Shown here: positions 14,005 to 28,630 of the stretch, in pieces
How positions within the stretch are numbered: the first letter of the stretch is position 1
Layout: each line of letters opens with the position of its first letter
The notes under the pieces: model-generated
What the model was told of the DNA's origin: nothing
Seen by the model: the letters and a program-made list of their open reading frames with translations, nothing else
Database searches by the model: none
Source of the DNA: Eledone cirrhosa
Taxonomy: Eukaryota
Length of the DNA: 64,000 nt
Assembly: GCA_964016885.1 (NCBI GenBank)
Contig: OZ024746.1
Span: 85,312,001-85,376,000 of the forward strand
Direction of reading: 5' to 3'
Position numbers and translations under genes: made by a program

Positions 14005-14912
14005 TTTTGTTTAATAATGAATCGAATAAAAGGGGAAAAGAAAAGGAGAGAGAAAAAACAAGAATGGAGAATATTTGTTTATACGTAAATCATTTTTCTA
14101 TTCTTTATCTTTTTCATTTTTTCATTTTTGTTTTAATTCCGTTTATTATTATTGTTTTTCAATTTAAATTTTGATTTTGATTTTAACCATACTTTTTATT
14201 TATTTATTTTTATTTTTATTTATATTTTAATTCTAATTATTATTTTTCTGATTTATTTTTTTACTTATTTTTGTTGTTAGTTTTGTTTCATTTTTATTTC
14301 AGCCAATCTGATATGTTTTGAAAAATATGAATACATCTAAAACTTTATAATTTATCTCTGCCCATCCCTTCCTAGATCTATTTAATTATATTTATATTCA
14401 TACATTCATTATTTATTGTAATTTAAATAGTTTTGTTCATTTATTTACTCATAAGATTTAACTTTAACATAATGTTTCATGGTTTCTTCTTCCAATGTAT
14501 GAGATTCTATAAGCGTCGATATATTTCTTTTCTATCTTTTTACTGGACACTTTATTTAATTACACCGGCGGACTTGTTTACACGTGTGTAAACCCTAAAA
14601 GATATTCTGGGCTTTTAATATATTATTCTAGCATGTAGTATTGTATTATTTTATCATCTTTGTTATCATTATTTCCATAATTTCCATTGGATTTAACACT
14701 ACAACCATTTAATATATTTATTATGTCCGCGACCTCTATTCCCAACAACACTTCTCACATTTAGTCTCAAGCCCTTAAGCATTAATTTACGAGTAAAGAT
14801 TTCAAATTGAACAACTGAATATCGTCAAAGCCGACGGAGAATCTACTCTCAAGTATTGTGTATCACGATATTAGGGCTAAGCGTATTTATTTACTTACCC
14901 TTACTCTTCAGA

Positions 14913-15055
<143 letters not shown>

Positions 15056-15134
15056 AACATTTTCGTTGGCTGTGTGGAGAAGGAACTAAATACATAAAAT
15101 TGAGTGCGAATATTCTTTTAGAAGCTGAAGCTTC

Positions 15135-15307
15135 TTAGAGCGTCGGACAATATGATTCGTCGCGGCATAGAGTTACAGCCCTTTGCGTTCTGAGTTCAAA
15201 TCCCGCCAAGGTTAGCTTTGCCTTTCATCCGTATGGAATCGATAAAATAAAGTACCAGTAATGCACTCGGATAATTGCTGGCCTTGTGCAAAACGTAGAA
15301 ACAATTA
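15135..15307 (+). mobile_element. SINE (same family)
   Basis: B box, core and tail. Confidence 0.85.
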
Positions 15308-15493
15308 TATATAAATTAACGATTTTATTTATTATATATTATTTACAATTTGCGTGTAGACAGGTCTCTCTGGAAATAGGGTTGGGGGGGGGCACTGAGG
15401 GTATTACATGGCTGTGAAGGGGGCGGTGACCCCGTTTGGGAACCTTTGCATTAAATAGTGGCTTAGGTGCTAGGAATTGATATGTAGTGACTT

Positions 15494-15668
15494 AATAATT
15501 GTTTCTACTTTAGGCACAAGGCCAGCAATTACCCAGTATATTACTGGTACTTTATTTTATCGACCCCGTAAAGATGAAAGGCAAAGTCAACCTCGGTGGG
15601 ATTTGAACTCAGATCGTAAAGGGACGTAACTATGCTGGAAAGCATGGCGTCCGACCCTCTACTGATAG
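15494..15668 (-). mobile_element. SINE (same family)
   Basis: Reverse-complement match to the family. Confidence 0.85.
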
Positions 15669-15909
15669 CAAAGTGAAGTCAGTTAATTACTGGATATAAG
15701 CTAGACCAACTAAAATAAGTCAGTTTTACTCCACAACCGTTTGTCTATCTTTATATCCCCTGGCCTACCATTACAACGGAAAAGATCGATGGGGTAAATG
15801 CTAGAATTGAAGAAATAAGTACTGGGATCAGTGTGATTCATTAAATCAAGGTGGTGGGTGCTCCAGCATGGCGCAGTCTAATGACTGAAACCAGGAAAAG
15901 AATTAAACT

Positions 15910-15982
15910 ATATATATATGTATGTGTGTGTGTATCTCTGTGTCTGTGTGTATATATATATGTGTGCGTGTGTGTCTGTGTG

Positions 15983-16067
<85 letters not shown>

Positions 16068-16100
16068 CTGTGTGTATATATATGTGTGTGTGTGTGTGTC

Positions 16101-16131
<31 letters not shown>

Positions 16132-16160
16132 ATATGTGTATGTGTGTGTGTGTCTGTGTG

Positions 16161-16191
<31 letters not shown>

Positions 16192-16486
16192 TTTTATGCT
16201 ACTATGAATAGCATCCTGTGTGTGTATATATATATGTGTGTGTGTATATATGTGTGTGTGTGTGTCTGTGTCTGTATGTATATATATATATGTGTGTGTG
16301 TCTGTGTGTCTGTGTGTATATGTGTATGTGTGTGTGTGTGTGTCTGTCTGTGTGTATATATGTGTGTGTGTGTGTGCTTATGCTACTATGAATAGCATCC
16401 TGTGTGTGTATATATATATGTGTGTGTGTGTATCTGTGTGTATCTGTATGTATATATATGTGTGTGTGTGTGTGTGTCTGTGTGTG

Positions 16487-16553
<67 letters not shown>

Positions 16554-18749
16554 ATCTGTGTGTATATATATATGTATGTGTGTGTGTGTGTTTATGCTAC
16601 TATGAATAGCATCCTGACAGTGTCACCGTCACTCATAACATAAATACCACTCCGCCCCTCCCCCACCTCTACCAGAACTGTCACTCACTAACTCACTAAC
16701 TCACTCTGGCATACACCAACCACCCTGGCTTATACCTCACTCACACTTACTCTCTCCTACTATTATTACCATTATCAATTGACCCACCAACACCACCACC
16801 ACCATTAACTAATTCAGCGCCCACCACCTCCACTGCACAATATCAACATATTTTACTGCCGCCACTACCAATGTTTATGACCTGGTACACACATACATAC
16901 ATACACAAACACAGACTCACATACACACAGACACATACATACACAGACACACACACTCACATACACACACACACATTCATACACAGACACACACACTCAC
17001 ATACACACAGACACATACATACACAGACACACACACTCACATACACACACACACATTCATACACAGACACTCACATACACAGACACACACATACACAGAC
17101 ACATACATACAGACACACACACTCACATACACACACACATACATACACAGACACACACACTCACATACATACACAGACACACACACACTCACATACACAC
17201 ACACACATACATACACAGACACACACACTCACATACACACACACACATACATACACAGACACACACACTCACATACACACAGAGACATACATACACAGAC
17301 ACACACACACTCACATACACACACACACATACATACACAGACACACACACTCACATACACACAGAGACATACATACACAGACACACACACTCACATACAA
17401 ACACACACACTCACATACACACACACACATTCATACACAGACACACACACTCACATACACACACACACATTCATACACAGACACACACACTCACATACAC
17501 ATACACACACACACATACACATACACTCACATACACACACAGACACAGACACACACACTCACATACACACACACACACACATACATACACAGACACACAC
17601 ACTCACATACACACAGACACATACATACATACGCAGACACACACACTCACAAACACACACACATACATACACAGACACACGCACTCACATACACAGACAC
17701 ATACATACACAGACACACACACTCACATACACACACACACACATACATACACACACACTCACAGACACACACACACATACATACACAGACACACACACTC
17801 ACATACACACAGACACATACATACACAGACACACACACTCACATACACACAGACACATACATACACAGACACACACACACTCACATACACACACACACAT
17901 ACATACACAGACACACACACTCACATACACACACACACACATACATACATACATACACAGACACACACACTCACATACACATACACACAGACACATACAT
18001 ACACAGACACACACACTCACATACACACACACACACACATACACAGACACACACACTCACATACACACACATACATACACAGACACACACACTCACATAC
18101 ACACAGACACATACATACACAGACACACACACTCACATACACACACACATACATAGACACACACACACTCACATACACACAGACACATACACACACACAC
18201 ACACACACACGCGCGGTTTCGGGCATACATGTACATGCATATATAGATGTGTGAGTGTGTGTGTGTGTGTGTGCGTACGTGTGCAGACGCGCCTGTGTGT
18301 GTGTGTCTGTGAATATCTGAGTGTGGGCATGTATATGTATATATGATATACATACATAAATATACATATATATATATATATACACATATATATATATATA
18401 TACGTATATATATATATGTATGTATAATGTATGTGTATATATATATGTGTGTGTATATATATATATGTGTGTGTGTATATATATATGTGTGTGGGTATGT
18501 GTATATATATATATATGTGTGTGCGCGCGTGTGTGTGTGCGTGTGTGTGTGTGTGTGTGCGCGCGCGCGTGTGTGTGTGCGCGCGCGCGTGTGTGTGTGC
18601 ATTTTTGGCTGGATGTATATATGATAACGGAACGCGTTTGTGTATAGATGTTCGCATCGACAAACATAAATTTATATATAAGCTTTAACGTCACATACAT
18701 ACACAAAGACGTGTGTGGGTATATATATATATACACACTCACACGAACG

Positions 18750-18834
<85 letters not shown>

Positions 18835-19143
18835 GGGGGAGGGGTGACATATGCATACACACAAACAGACACACACATACACACACAGTAATACACACAC
18901 ACACACACACAGTCATACACACACAGGCACACACATACACACATACACACACACAGTGTCATACACACACACAGACACACAAACAGACATTTATTTCTGA
19001 CAGATGCAGGCAAATAAAAAAAATTATAAGCAACGTGTCATAAATCTACAGAAACCAGTTCATAAAATGAGAACATATACACACTAAGGTATATACATAC
19101 ACACACACACACATACATATGTATATATGTATATATATGTGTA

Positions 19144-19199
<56 letters not shown>

Positions 19200-20249
19200 G
19201 GTGTGACAATGTGTCTGTATGTCAGTGCTTCTATCTGAACACACACACACACACACATATATATATACAGGTAAAATTCCGGTATAACGAATACTATTAT
19301 AACAAAGTTTTCAGTATAACGAAATTTTTTTAATCTCCAACCACATGCTCGATGTGTTAGGTCGATTACGTCATAAAGAATTTTTCGTTATAACGAATTT
19401 GTTTATAACGCGTGAATTTCGTTATAACGGAATTTCACTGTGGTTACATCCTTGTATATGTTCATAAATATATATATATATATTATTTTATTTTATATAT
19501 ATATATATATATATACATTCATAGATACAAACATACATACATACACACATACATATATACATACATACATACATAGGTATATACATACATACATACATAC
19601 ATACATACATACATACATACATACATACATTCATACATACACACATACATGCATACACACATACATGCATACATACATACACATATACATGCATACATAC
19701 ATTCATACATGCATACACACATACATACATACATACACACATACATGCATACACACATACATGCATACATACATACACACATACATGCATACATACATTC
19801 ATACATGCATACACACATACATACATACATACATACATACATACATACATACACACATACATACATACATACATACACACATACATGCATACACACATTC
19901 ATAAATGCATACACACATACATACATACATACATGCATACATACACGCATACATACATGCATACATACATACATACATACACACATACACACATACATAC
20001 ATGCATACATACATGCATACACACACACACACACACACACACATACATACACACATACATGCATACATGCATACATACACACACACACACACATACATAC
20101 ATGCATACATACATACATACATACATACACACATACATACATACATACATACATACATGCATACATACATACCAACATACATTCGCATATTTATATAGAC
20201 AATCACACACACAAATACATACATATATCCGCATATTTATATAAACAAT

Positions 20250-20321
<72 letters not shown>

Positions 20322-20828
20322 AGACAAAGATCCAGAAATACATAACTACATTAATATTAGGGATAGCTACGTGTAAAGAGACGCATGCATACACATATAT
20401 AGATAGAAGGGATTAGAATGTTTTAGCGCCTCAGTTTCGCTGACACTGCTTGCGGGCTGAAGACGCCTGTCAGATAGAATTAAGGTGTAACCGATGGTAA
20501 ACGAGTAACGACGGACTCTGCCGGAAGGTGAAACACGGAAGTTGTGTTCTGTCAAACTGTTATCGTTTGACACGAGGTGATGGCGGTAATAAAGCTGTGA
20601 GGGTTACCTTGTGTGTGTATATATGTGTGACGTTGTGTTTGTGTGTCTCTGTGTGTTTGTGTGTGTCTCTGTGTGTCTGTGTGTGTGTGTGTGTGTGTGT
20701 GCGTATATGTGTGTGTGTTTGTGTGTCTCTGTGTGTTTGTGTGTGTCTGTGTGTGTGGGTGGGTAGGTAGGAGGGTGTTTGTGTGTGTATGTGTGTGTTT
20801 GTTTGTGTGTATATGTGTGTGTGTTTGT

Positions 20829-20859
<31 letters not shown>

Positions 20860-21250
20860 CGGGCGGGTGGGTGGGCGTTTGTGTGTGTATGTGTGTGTGA
20901 CTTTGTGTTTGTGTGTGTTTGAATGTGTGTGTGTTTGTGTGTGTCTGTTTCTGTGTTTGTGCGTATGTATGTGTGTGTTTGTGTGTATGTATGTGTGTGT
21001 TTGTGTGTGTTTGTATGTGTCTGGGTGTTTGTGTTTGTTTGTGGTGTGTGTGTGTGTGGTTGTGTGTGTATGTGTGTGTTTGTGTGTGTTTGTATGTGTC
21101 TGCGTGTTTGTGTTTGCTTGTGTGTGTGTGTGTGTGGTTGTGTGTGTATGTGTGTGTGTGTGCGCGGTTGTGTGTGTATGTGTGTGCGTGTGTGTTTGTG
21201 CGGGTATGTGTTTGTTTGTGTATATGTATGTATGTGTGTGTATGTGTGTG
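15910..21250. repeat. Large compound (TG)/(CA)/(TACA)/(TA) microsatellite field
   Basis: Directly visible, with short unique islands. Confidence 0.95.
19268..19440. mobile_element. pogo/Tigger-like MITE
   Basis: TIRs CAGGTAAAATTCCGGTATAACGAA / TTCGTTATAACGGAATTTCACTG, internal TATAACGAA repeats, TA on the left. Confidence 0.75.
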
Positions 21251-22106
21251 TAACAGTGGTAGGTGGTAGTAGCGGTGGTAGTGGTGGTAGTGGTGGTGGT
21301 AGTAGTGGTGGTAGTGGTGGTGGTAGTGGTGTTGATGTTAATGGTTAATGGTTGTCGTCGTCGTTGCAATGCTGGTAGACTATTTGTGGTGGTAGTGGTG
21401 GTGGTACATGGAGGAAGTGGTTGTAGTGGTGTTAAACGGTGGTGGTAGTGGTGATGGTGTTGATGGTGCTATTGATGATGTTGATGGTGGTGGAGATGGT
21501 GATGCTGGTGGTGGTGCTGGTGCTGGTGGTGATGGTGTTTATGGCGGTGGTGGTATGGTGGTGGTGGTAAATAATGGCAGTGGTTGTGGTGGTGATGGTG
21601 GTAGTGGTAATGGTAGTGGTAGCATACGGAAAGGGGCGGGTAGATACATAGATATATTTATCTATATAGGAGGATAGGTAGCTAGACAGATAGATAGACA
21701 GATAGATAGATAGATAGAAAGATAGATATATAGATAGATAGATATATAGATAGATAGATACTAACAATGCACACCAATATGGGAAAGAGACAAAGAAAAG
21801 ATAAATTATTTGCGTGTGTCAGGGTTGGTGGTTGATTGAAGTATTCGGAGTTGAGGTTTGTTGTGGTGCCATAAGGGCTGGGTGGTGTTAATATGGGTAT
21901 GAAAAAGGTTTAGACGGGTGTGAACAGTGTCTGGAAGCGAGCAGATTATAGTCAGGTTAGGTGTGATAAAGTTTGCTTTATACTTGTCTTAGATACTCCA
22001 ATGTGTCAGCAGTGATGTATGTATATGTTCTCTCTTTCTCTTAATTTCGAGTATATTTTTGACCGGCCCCCTTCCTGGTGGCAAAGTTGTAAAAGAAAAG
22101 AAATTG

Positions 22107-22560
22107 TCATCCCTTGAATCGCAAGAATGTTTTGCAAATTGTGAAGGTGCCAGCTATCGCAGCCATTTGTAGACTATGAATTAGGGAGCTGCGCTCTTTG
22201 TCCGCAAATCCACGTTCAGTTATACATTGGTCCAAGCGGGTTGGTATATAACCTGTAGTTCCAATAATGATGGGTATGAAGCTAAAGGTGTATCTTGGAT
22301 ACTGGATTTGTAAACTCCTCATTAATGGTCCGTAGATGTCCTCCCTCTCCTGTATTTTTCTGACAACGTTTATATCAACTGGGCAGCTGATCTCCACAAC
22401 AGAACACGTGTTCAATGTGTGGTCCCAAACAACAATATCAGGCCGGTTGTGCTTTAATTTGGTGGCAGTTTTTATTTTCAGGTTCCACCAGTATTCCTTA
22501 GTGCCATCTGTCTCAATATATTCTTCCTCGTTTGTTGTTAATTTTGTTTTCCGAAGTGCG
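22107..22560 (-). mobile_element. R4/Dong-like non-LTR retrotransposon 3' end with restriction-like endonuclease
   Basis: YWWNLKIKT...HNRPDIVVWD...VVEISCP...IPIIIGTTGYIP is the PD-(D/E)xK RLE motif; 5'-truncated. Confidence 0.85.
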
Positions 22561-23070
22561 TTCCATATATGTATATGTATGTATGTATATGTACATGTGT
22601 ATATACATGGGTGCATGTGTATGTATATGCGCTGGGACATAGAAATATTCGGGCTGGACACCCGATCGCGCGGTTATACCACTGGAAGTGAAGAACCCCT
22701 AGCCTTTGTCAGGGCATTCTTCTAGGAGAAAGCAACTCAGGAAACTGGGATAACTCCGATAAAAAACCTGCGGCTCGGTAGTTACCGTTGACGTTGATCT
22801 TTTCTTCTTTTCGGGTTATAGCTACTGTCGCTCAGAGAGTGGGATTGGCTCAGTGCACAGTCTTTCCTCACTTTAAAAAAATATCTTCACGCACAGGCAT
22901 TGCACGATAGATTTAATTAATAATTATTAATAATGGCATATCGTGCAATGGCCATACTCAATAACGAGGGGGCAGCCATCATGTGAGTGAGCATTTCTCT
23001 GTTTTTGTGTATTAAGTGTTTGTGCTTGCTAATTACTTGTTATAGCTAATGTGTGTTGTATAATTTACTC

Positions 23071-23246
23071 AGTGGATTGGCAGAGGGTTGGACGCCATGC
23101 TTTCTAGCATAGTTACGTCCCTTTACGGTCTCAGTTCAAATCCCGCTGAGGTTAGCTTTGCCTTTCACCCTTACGGGTTCGATATAATAAAGCACCAGTA
23201 ATGCACTGGGGTAATTGCTGGCCTTGTGCCAAAAGTAGAAAATTAT
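23071..23246 (+). mobile_element. SINE (same family)
   Basis: B box, core and tail. Confidence 0.85.
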
Positions 23247-23793
23247 TTACTGTTGTTTTGTCCCGGTCATCACTGAAGATGGAGTGAAAGTTATTATCAA
23301 AGGAATTCCAATCGTGACCATCCTGTTTGATATTTTGTTTTCATTTGTTGTTGCTGTTGTTGTTGTTTTTTTGTCTCGTTTCTTTGTTTCAGGCATTTAT
23401 TTTTATTATTTTTAGAGAGCGGTTGATTGACAGCGTCGGTAGAGCGTCATACAACATACTTTGCGGCATAAAGTCACGTTCCTTTATATTTATGTATTTA
23501 TTTCGCAAGATTCTTGATGTGAAATCGTGTGTTGAAACCGATATTGTTATATTTTAGGATGGCCATGTTGCCAGTATTGCCAATAAAGAGAAACACATGA
23601 ACAATATGATTTTCACTTTATCTGTATAGCTCGTTATTTAAAGTTCTTTTGTCACACATTCTCTGACCTCCTCAGTGGCTATCTGTTCTCTTTTGAACTT
23701 CCTCTTCTTTCTGGTCTTAAACTTCTCATCCATCTTGTCATTTTCGTGTATAACATATATATAACGGTTTCACATATATATAATATATATATG

Positions 23794-23883
<90 letters not shown>

Positions 23884-23980
23884 ACCTTAATTTAAGGCAC
23901 CTGGAGGAGTTAAACGTGCCAAGTACCAAGGCCAATTTAACCTTGGGTAAGACTGGAATAATTCAAACTATTAATATAAA

Positions 23981-24029
<49 letters not shown>

Positions 24030-24151
24030 GGAGGTGAGTTTTATTGTAGTACAATAAAGCAATGCAGATATCGGATAAGAAGCACTCTACAGTTTGTGGG
24101 ACTGGAGTATGCATAATATAAGATCAAAAGATGGTTAAAGGAGTTCAATAT

Positions 24152-24220
24152 ATTTTATTATGCGCATTTCAAAAACAAACATCATCAAACAATAATATTT
24201 GTGTTTTCATCAGATAAAAC
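24152..24220 (-). ncRNA. Type I hammerhead ribozyme (family B, left arm of fold-back)
   Basis: Reverse complement of 24314-24382. Confidence 0.85.
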
Positions 24221-24313
24221 AGGAGAACATGATATGAAGGCTAAAAAAACACTTGTTGATTTAAAACTGCACTATCAACAAGTGTTTTTTTAGCCTTCAT
24301 ATCATGTTCTCCT

Positions 24314-24382
24314 GTTTTATCTGATGAAAACACAAATATTATTGTTTGATGATGTTTGTTTTTGAAATGCGCATAATAAAAT
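24314..24382 (+). ncRNA. Type I hammerhead ribozyme (family B)
   Basis: GTTTTAT-CTGATGA-AAA c ACAAATATTATT gttt GATGATGTTTGT t TTT-GAAA-TGCGCA-TA-ATAAAAT. Stem II differs from 7135 by pairing-compatible substitutions. Confidence 0.88.
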
Positions 24383-24413
24383 ATATTGAACTCCTTTAAC
24401 CATCTTTTGATCT

Positions 24414-24450
<37 letters not shown>

Positions 24451-24582
24451 AAAAGAGTCAGGATCCCCGACGGCTGAACTCCGGCCGTTTCGACAGCTGG
24501 ATTGTATCACCCACTCTGCCTACACTAAGTATCGAGTACTCTGGTACGTTATGGTCTACCTGGTATTTTACCACACCCTCTT

Positions 24583-24720
<138 letters not shown>

Positions 24721-24973
24721 CTTTATTTGCCACAAGGGCGCACAAGAAAAGGGGATGATATATAGATAGATATATAGATAGATAAATAGATAGATAAATA
24801 GATAGATAAACAGACAGGCAGTCAGGCAGACAGACAGATAGAAACATATGTGCAACTATTCAGATGTACAGAGTTGTACTTAGCTATTGCTGGGTTGTTC
24901 CAAATCTGGTGAGAAACTGAATAAACACTGACTGATGACTGTATGTGTTGTGTGTCTATGTATGTGTATTTGT

Positions 24974-25099
<126 letters not shown>

Positions 25100-25103
25100 T
25101 TGT

Positions 25104-25164
<61 letters not shown>

Positions 25165-25225
25165 CGTGTGTGTGTGTGTGTGTATTTGTCTGTGTGTGTG
25201 TGTGTGGGTGTGTGGGTGGGTGTGT

Positions 25226-25309
<84 letters not shown>

Positions 25310-25781
25310 GTGCGTGTGTGTGTGCGCGTGTGTGTGTGTCTCCTCCGTCTGTATGCCCTAAAGTGATGATTTTTTTTTAGAAACGGCCGGAATGACTTCT
25401 GACTGGAGTCAAATTGTATTACCACTTTGTAGACTATTGTTGAGCTAACCTGTCAAGAATACTTGCAATTAGCTATGTACTTAAGCTTGTTTAGAACTAG
25501 AATGCTTTCAGGCCGTCTTTAGCCTTCTAACACGATATAGACATATAGACATATATAACAAACGTTCTCACCGTGCTGTAGCTCTAAGTGGTCACCTTCT
25601 ACTGACTTCCAAGCGATGGATTAGATCGATTGACTGTCTAAACGCTAATGTTTATGTTTATCTCTCTGAGCTGTTTACATGGATAGATATATGGACTACA
25701 TGTATTGTACATCTATGTGCGTGTATATCTATATAAATAACCCCCATACACGCACATACACACAAACACACACATATATAT

Positions 25782-25833
<52 letters not shown>

Positions 25834-25840
25834 GAGAGGT

Positions 25841-26030
25841 GAAGGCGCATGGCTTGGTGGTTAGAGCATTGGGCTTGCAATTGAGAGGCTTTGAGTTCGA
25901 TTCTCGGACCGGGTGATGTGTTGAGCAAGACACTTTATTTCACGTTGCTCCAGTTTACTCAGCTGTATCGGTCAGAGCCTTTCCCTTGGACAACATCAGT
26001 GGCGTGGAGAGGGGAAACTGGTATACCAAG
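25841..26030 (+). mobile_element. Second tRNA-derived SINE family
   Basis: GGCGCATGGCTTGGTGGTTAG...GAGTTCGATTC...GAGCAAGACACTTTATTTCACGTTGCTCCAG. Relatives at 50562-50720 (+) and 1040-1258 (-). Confidence 0.75.
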
Positions 26031-26080
26031 GTGACGGCCAAGGCAGGTATATATATATATATGTATGTATGTATGTATGC

Positions 26081-26155
26081 ATTTTGTCTGACAAGAACAT
26101 GTTTTGGATTATATTATACATAAGCCTTGCATCTTCGAAACATGTATAATAAAAT
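26081..26155 (+). ncRNA. Decayed hammerhead ribozyme
   Basis: ATTTTGT-CTGACAA-GAA c ATG...CAT c TTC-GAAA-CATGTA-TA-ATAAAAT. Core G8->A; same stem II architecture as family A. Confidence 0.55.
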
Positions 26156-26181
26156 AAATAGCGATGTAACTATCTTTCGTG

Positions 26182-26375
26182 TTGGCAGTATCGGTAGATC
26201 GTCAGACACAATGCTTTGCAGCATGGAGTTATGGCCCTTTACGTTCTGAGTTCAAATCCGCCGAGGTTAATTTTGCCGCCTTTCATCCTTACTGGGTCGA
26301 TAAAATAAAGTGCCAGTAATGCACTGGGGTAATTGCTGGCCTTGTGCCGAAAGTAGAAACAATATTATTATTATT
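26182..26375 (+). mobile_element. SINE (same family) with (ATT)n tail
   Basis: B box, core and tail. Confidence 0.85.
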
Positions 26376-26567
26376 ATATATATATGTACAAGATAAATAC
26401 AAATATAATAAAATAGAAGTATATATTGGAAAATGTGCGATATCCTTGGTACAGTTAGGTATATACGAAAAAAGGAAAAGAATAACTTCACTTGTAGTTC
26501 TAAACAATTTAATTTTATATTACAATTTTACAATTTTTCTATGTAGATCTAGTAAGTTCTTTGTTAT

Positions 26568-26736
26568 CTTCGCTGGGAAGTTTTTTTTAAGATTCCTGGT
26601 TAACTTTTCTGAAGAACTTTCGGTGGCGATTGTCAATAAGTTCCCTTCTCTGATCAGTTGACAATCGCCACCGACGAATACGAGAAAGTTCTCCAGAATA
26701 GTTAGCCAGGAATCTTAAAAAAACTTCCCACCGAAG
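26568..26736. repeat. Fold-back inverted repeat
   Basis: GGGAAGTTTTTTTTAAGATTCCTGG...CGGTGGCGATTGTCAA / TTGACAATCGCCACCG...CCAGGAATCTTAAAAAAACTTCCC. Confidence 0.8.
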
Positions 26737-26859
26737 TGAATTGAACTGGCTTTGTGCCAAAAAGTAGAAACAATTATTTAATCGAACGACTGATTAAAGT
26801 CTTCCATCGAAGAACAGGTATAATCTATTCAACAGACTTTCGCAGTTACCACCGTTTAT

Positions 26860-27100
26860 CCAGTTCAACTCACAGCATTCAGACCACAATGTGAGAAACA
26901 GAGTGACACACTGCTGAAAACTATCAACTTAACTTTACATTTACATAATCTTCTCAAACAAGCATGTAAGACTGTCTTACCATCAGCCCTTTCTTCAATA
27001 AGGTCCTTTCTCTTAACCTCGATGAATGAGACTCCACATGAACGATTCACAAGCTTTCCCAGATCCTAAGTCGTAGATACAAGTTTAACTAAATACTTCT
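26860..27100 (-). mobile_element. Highly decayed LINE RT fragment
   Basis: DLGKAC.. resembles DLEKAFD; many stops. Confidence 0.3.
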
Positions 27101-27161
27101 ATTTTATTATATTTGTATTTATATTCTTTTTTTTTTCATTGGATTGAATAAAGGCCTTTGA

Positions 27162-27602
27162 ATAATTGTTTCTGATTTAGGCACAAGGCCAGCGATTTGA
27201 AGAGATGGGGAAAGTCGATTAAATCGACTCCAGTGCGTTGCTGGTACTTTATTTTATCGACCCCGTAAGGATGAAAAGCAAAGCTAACCTCGGCGGGATT
27301 TGAACTCAGAACGCAAAGGGCCGTAACTCTATGCCACTAATCAGGGAGCCCGATGCTCTAATGATTACTACCAATCCAACGCCTTCAAAGCCTTTAAATA
27401 AGGATTTCTGATTTAGACACAAGACCAGCAATTTTAGAGGAAGAGAAAGTCAATTAAATCGTCTCCAGTGTGTTACTGGTACTTTATTTTATCAACTTCG
27501 TCAGGATGAAAAGTAAAGCTCACCTCAGCAGGAGTTGAACTCAGAACGTAAAGGGCCGTAACTCTATGCTGCAAAGCATAGTGTCCGACGCTCTACCGAT
27601 AC
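27162..27602 (-). mobile_element. Two tandem SINE copies
   Basis: Copies at about 27162-27383 and 27400-27602. Confidence 0.85.
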
Positions 27603-28244
27603 TAAACTTCATAACCACACTGTAGCCATGTCTGCGCTGACGAGGACGTTGAAGAGATCGTCTTTCAACAGAGGTAGAGGGCGTGGAAGAGAGAAAGGGG
27701 GAGACAGAGAAAGAGACAAACATATAAAGAATGTAAGAATAATAGAATGAACTCTATAGATAATGAACACAACCACAAGGATATGGTCCGAACGTGGAAG
27801 AGCCGAACTCCCACTGTCATCGCCTCCATCTCTCTCGGACCAAGAAAGAGAGAGCGGGAGAAAGCAAAGAGAGATCAGAAATAGGGAGGGTGATTGTGTG
27901 GTCTTAAAAAGCGAACTCCTTTTATTTGTTTATTTGTTTTTTATATTTATTTATTTGATGTTATTATTATCATTATTTCGTAGCCAGAAATCTTCGACAT
28001 CCTGCCGTCTCCTTCGACTGTTTTCCGACTTCTCTCAATTAGTTTTATTATCTGTCACCAAATAACAATTCCGTAGCTTGAAATTGTTAAAATATCTCCA
28101 TTGCTTCACAATATGAATGTGACTTTCATCAGATTTCCCAACAAAGTTCAAATTAGAAACCATTACGGGCGAATGAAGATTTTTTTTTTTTATATGTACA
28201 TATGTAATTATTTTCCTTCTTGTTGTTATTGCTGTTGTGGTTTT

Positions 28245-28545
28245 TCTTCTTCTTCTTCTTCTTCTTCTTCTTCTTCTTCTTCTTCTTCTTCGTCTTCTTC
28301 TTCTTCTTCTTTCATCTTCTTTCTTCTTCTTTCTTCTTCTTCTTTCTTCTTCTTCTTTCTTCTTCTTCTTTCTTCTTTCTTCTTCTTCTTCTTTCTTCTA
28401 TCTTCTTCTTCTTTTTTCTTCTTTCTTTTTCTTCTTTTTTCTTCTCCCTCGTCTTCTTTCTTCTTCTTTTTCTTCTCCTTCGTCTTCTTTTCCTTCTTCA
28501 TCTCCTTCTTTTCTTCTCCGTTTCTTTCTGTTTTCCTTCCACTTC

Positions 28546-28617
<72 letters not shown>

Positions 28618-28630
28618 TCCTTCTTTCTTT
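28245..28630. repeat. (TTC)n/(TTTC)n polypyrimidine tract
   Basis: Directly visible. Confidence 0.95.

Larger units (their letters stand above)
24027..24421. mobile_element. Hammerhead-bearing element with ~300 bp fold-back (family B)
   Basis: Arms about 24114-24260 and 24274-24421. The 5' part (GTAGGAGGTGAGTTTT...) matches the uninverted copy at 7007-7245. Confidence 0.8.

Noticed and set aside
15878-15900. CTAATGA-ct-GAAA motif
   Set aside because: Part of a SINE-type tail; no room for stem II.
16871-18346. 491-aa His/Thr-rich ORF
   Set aside because: (CA)n-derived microsatellite.
22640-22760. Possible ribozyme-like LINE 5' leader
   Set aside because: Could not derive an HDV-like double pseudoknot by eye.
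23270-23300. CTGAAGA-tggagt-GAAA
   Set aside because: No stem II or stem I pairing.
27636-27672. CTGACGA-GGACG...CGTCT hairpin as a hammerhead
   Set aside because: No GAAA or stem III follows.
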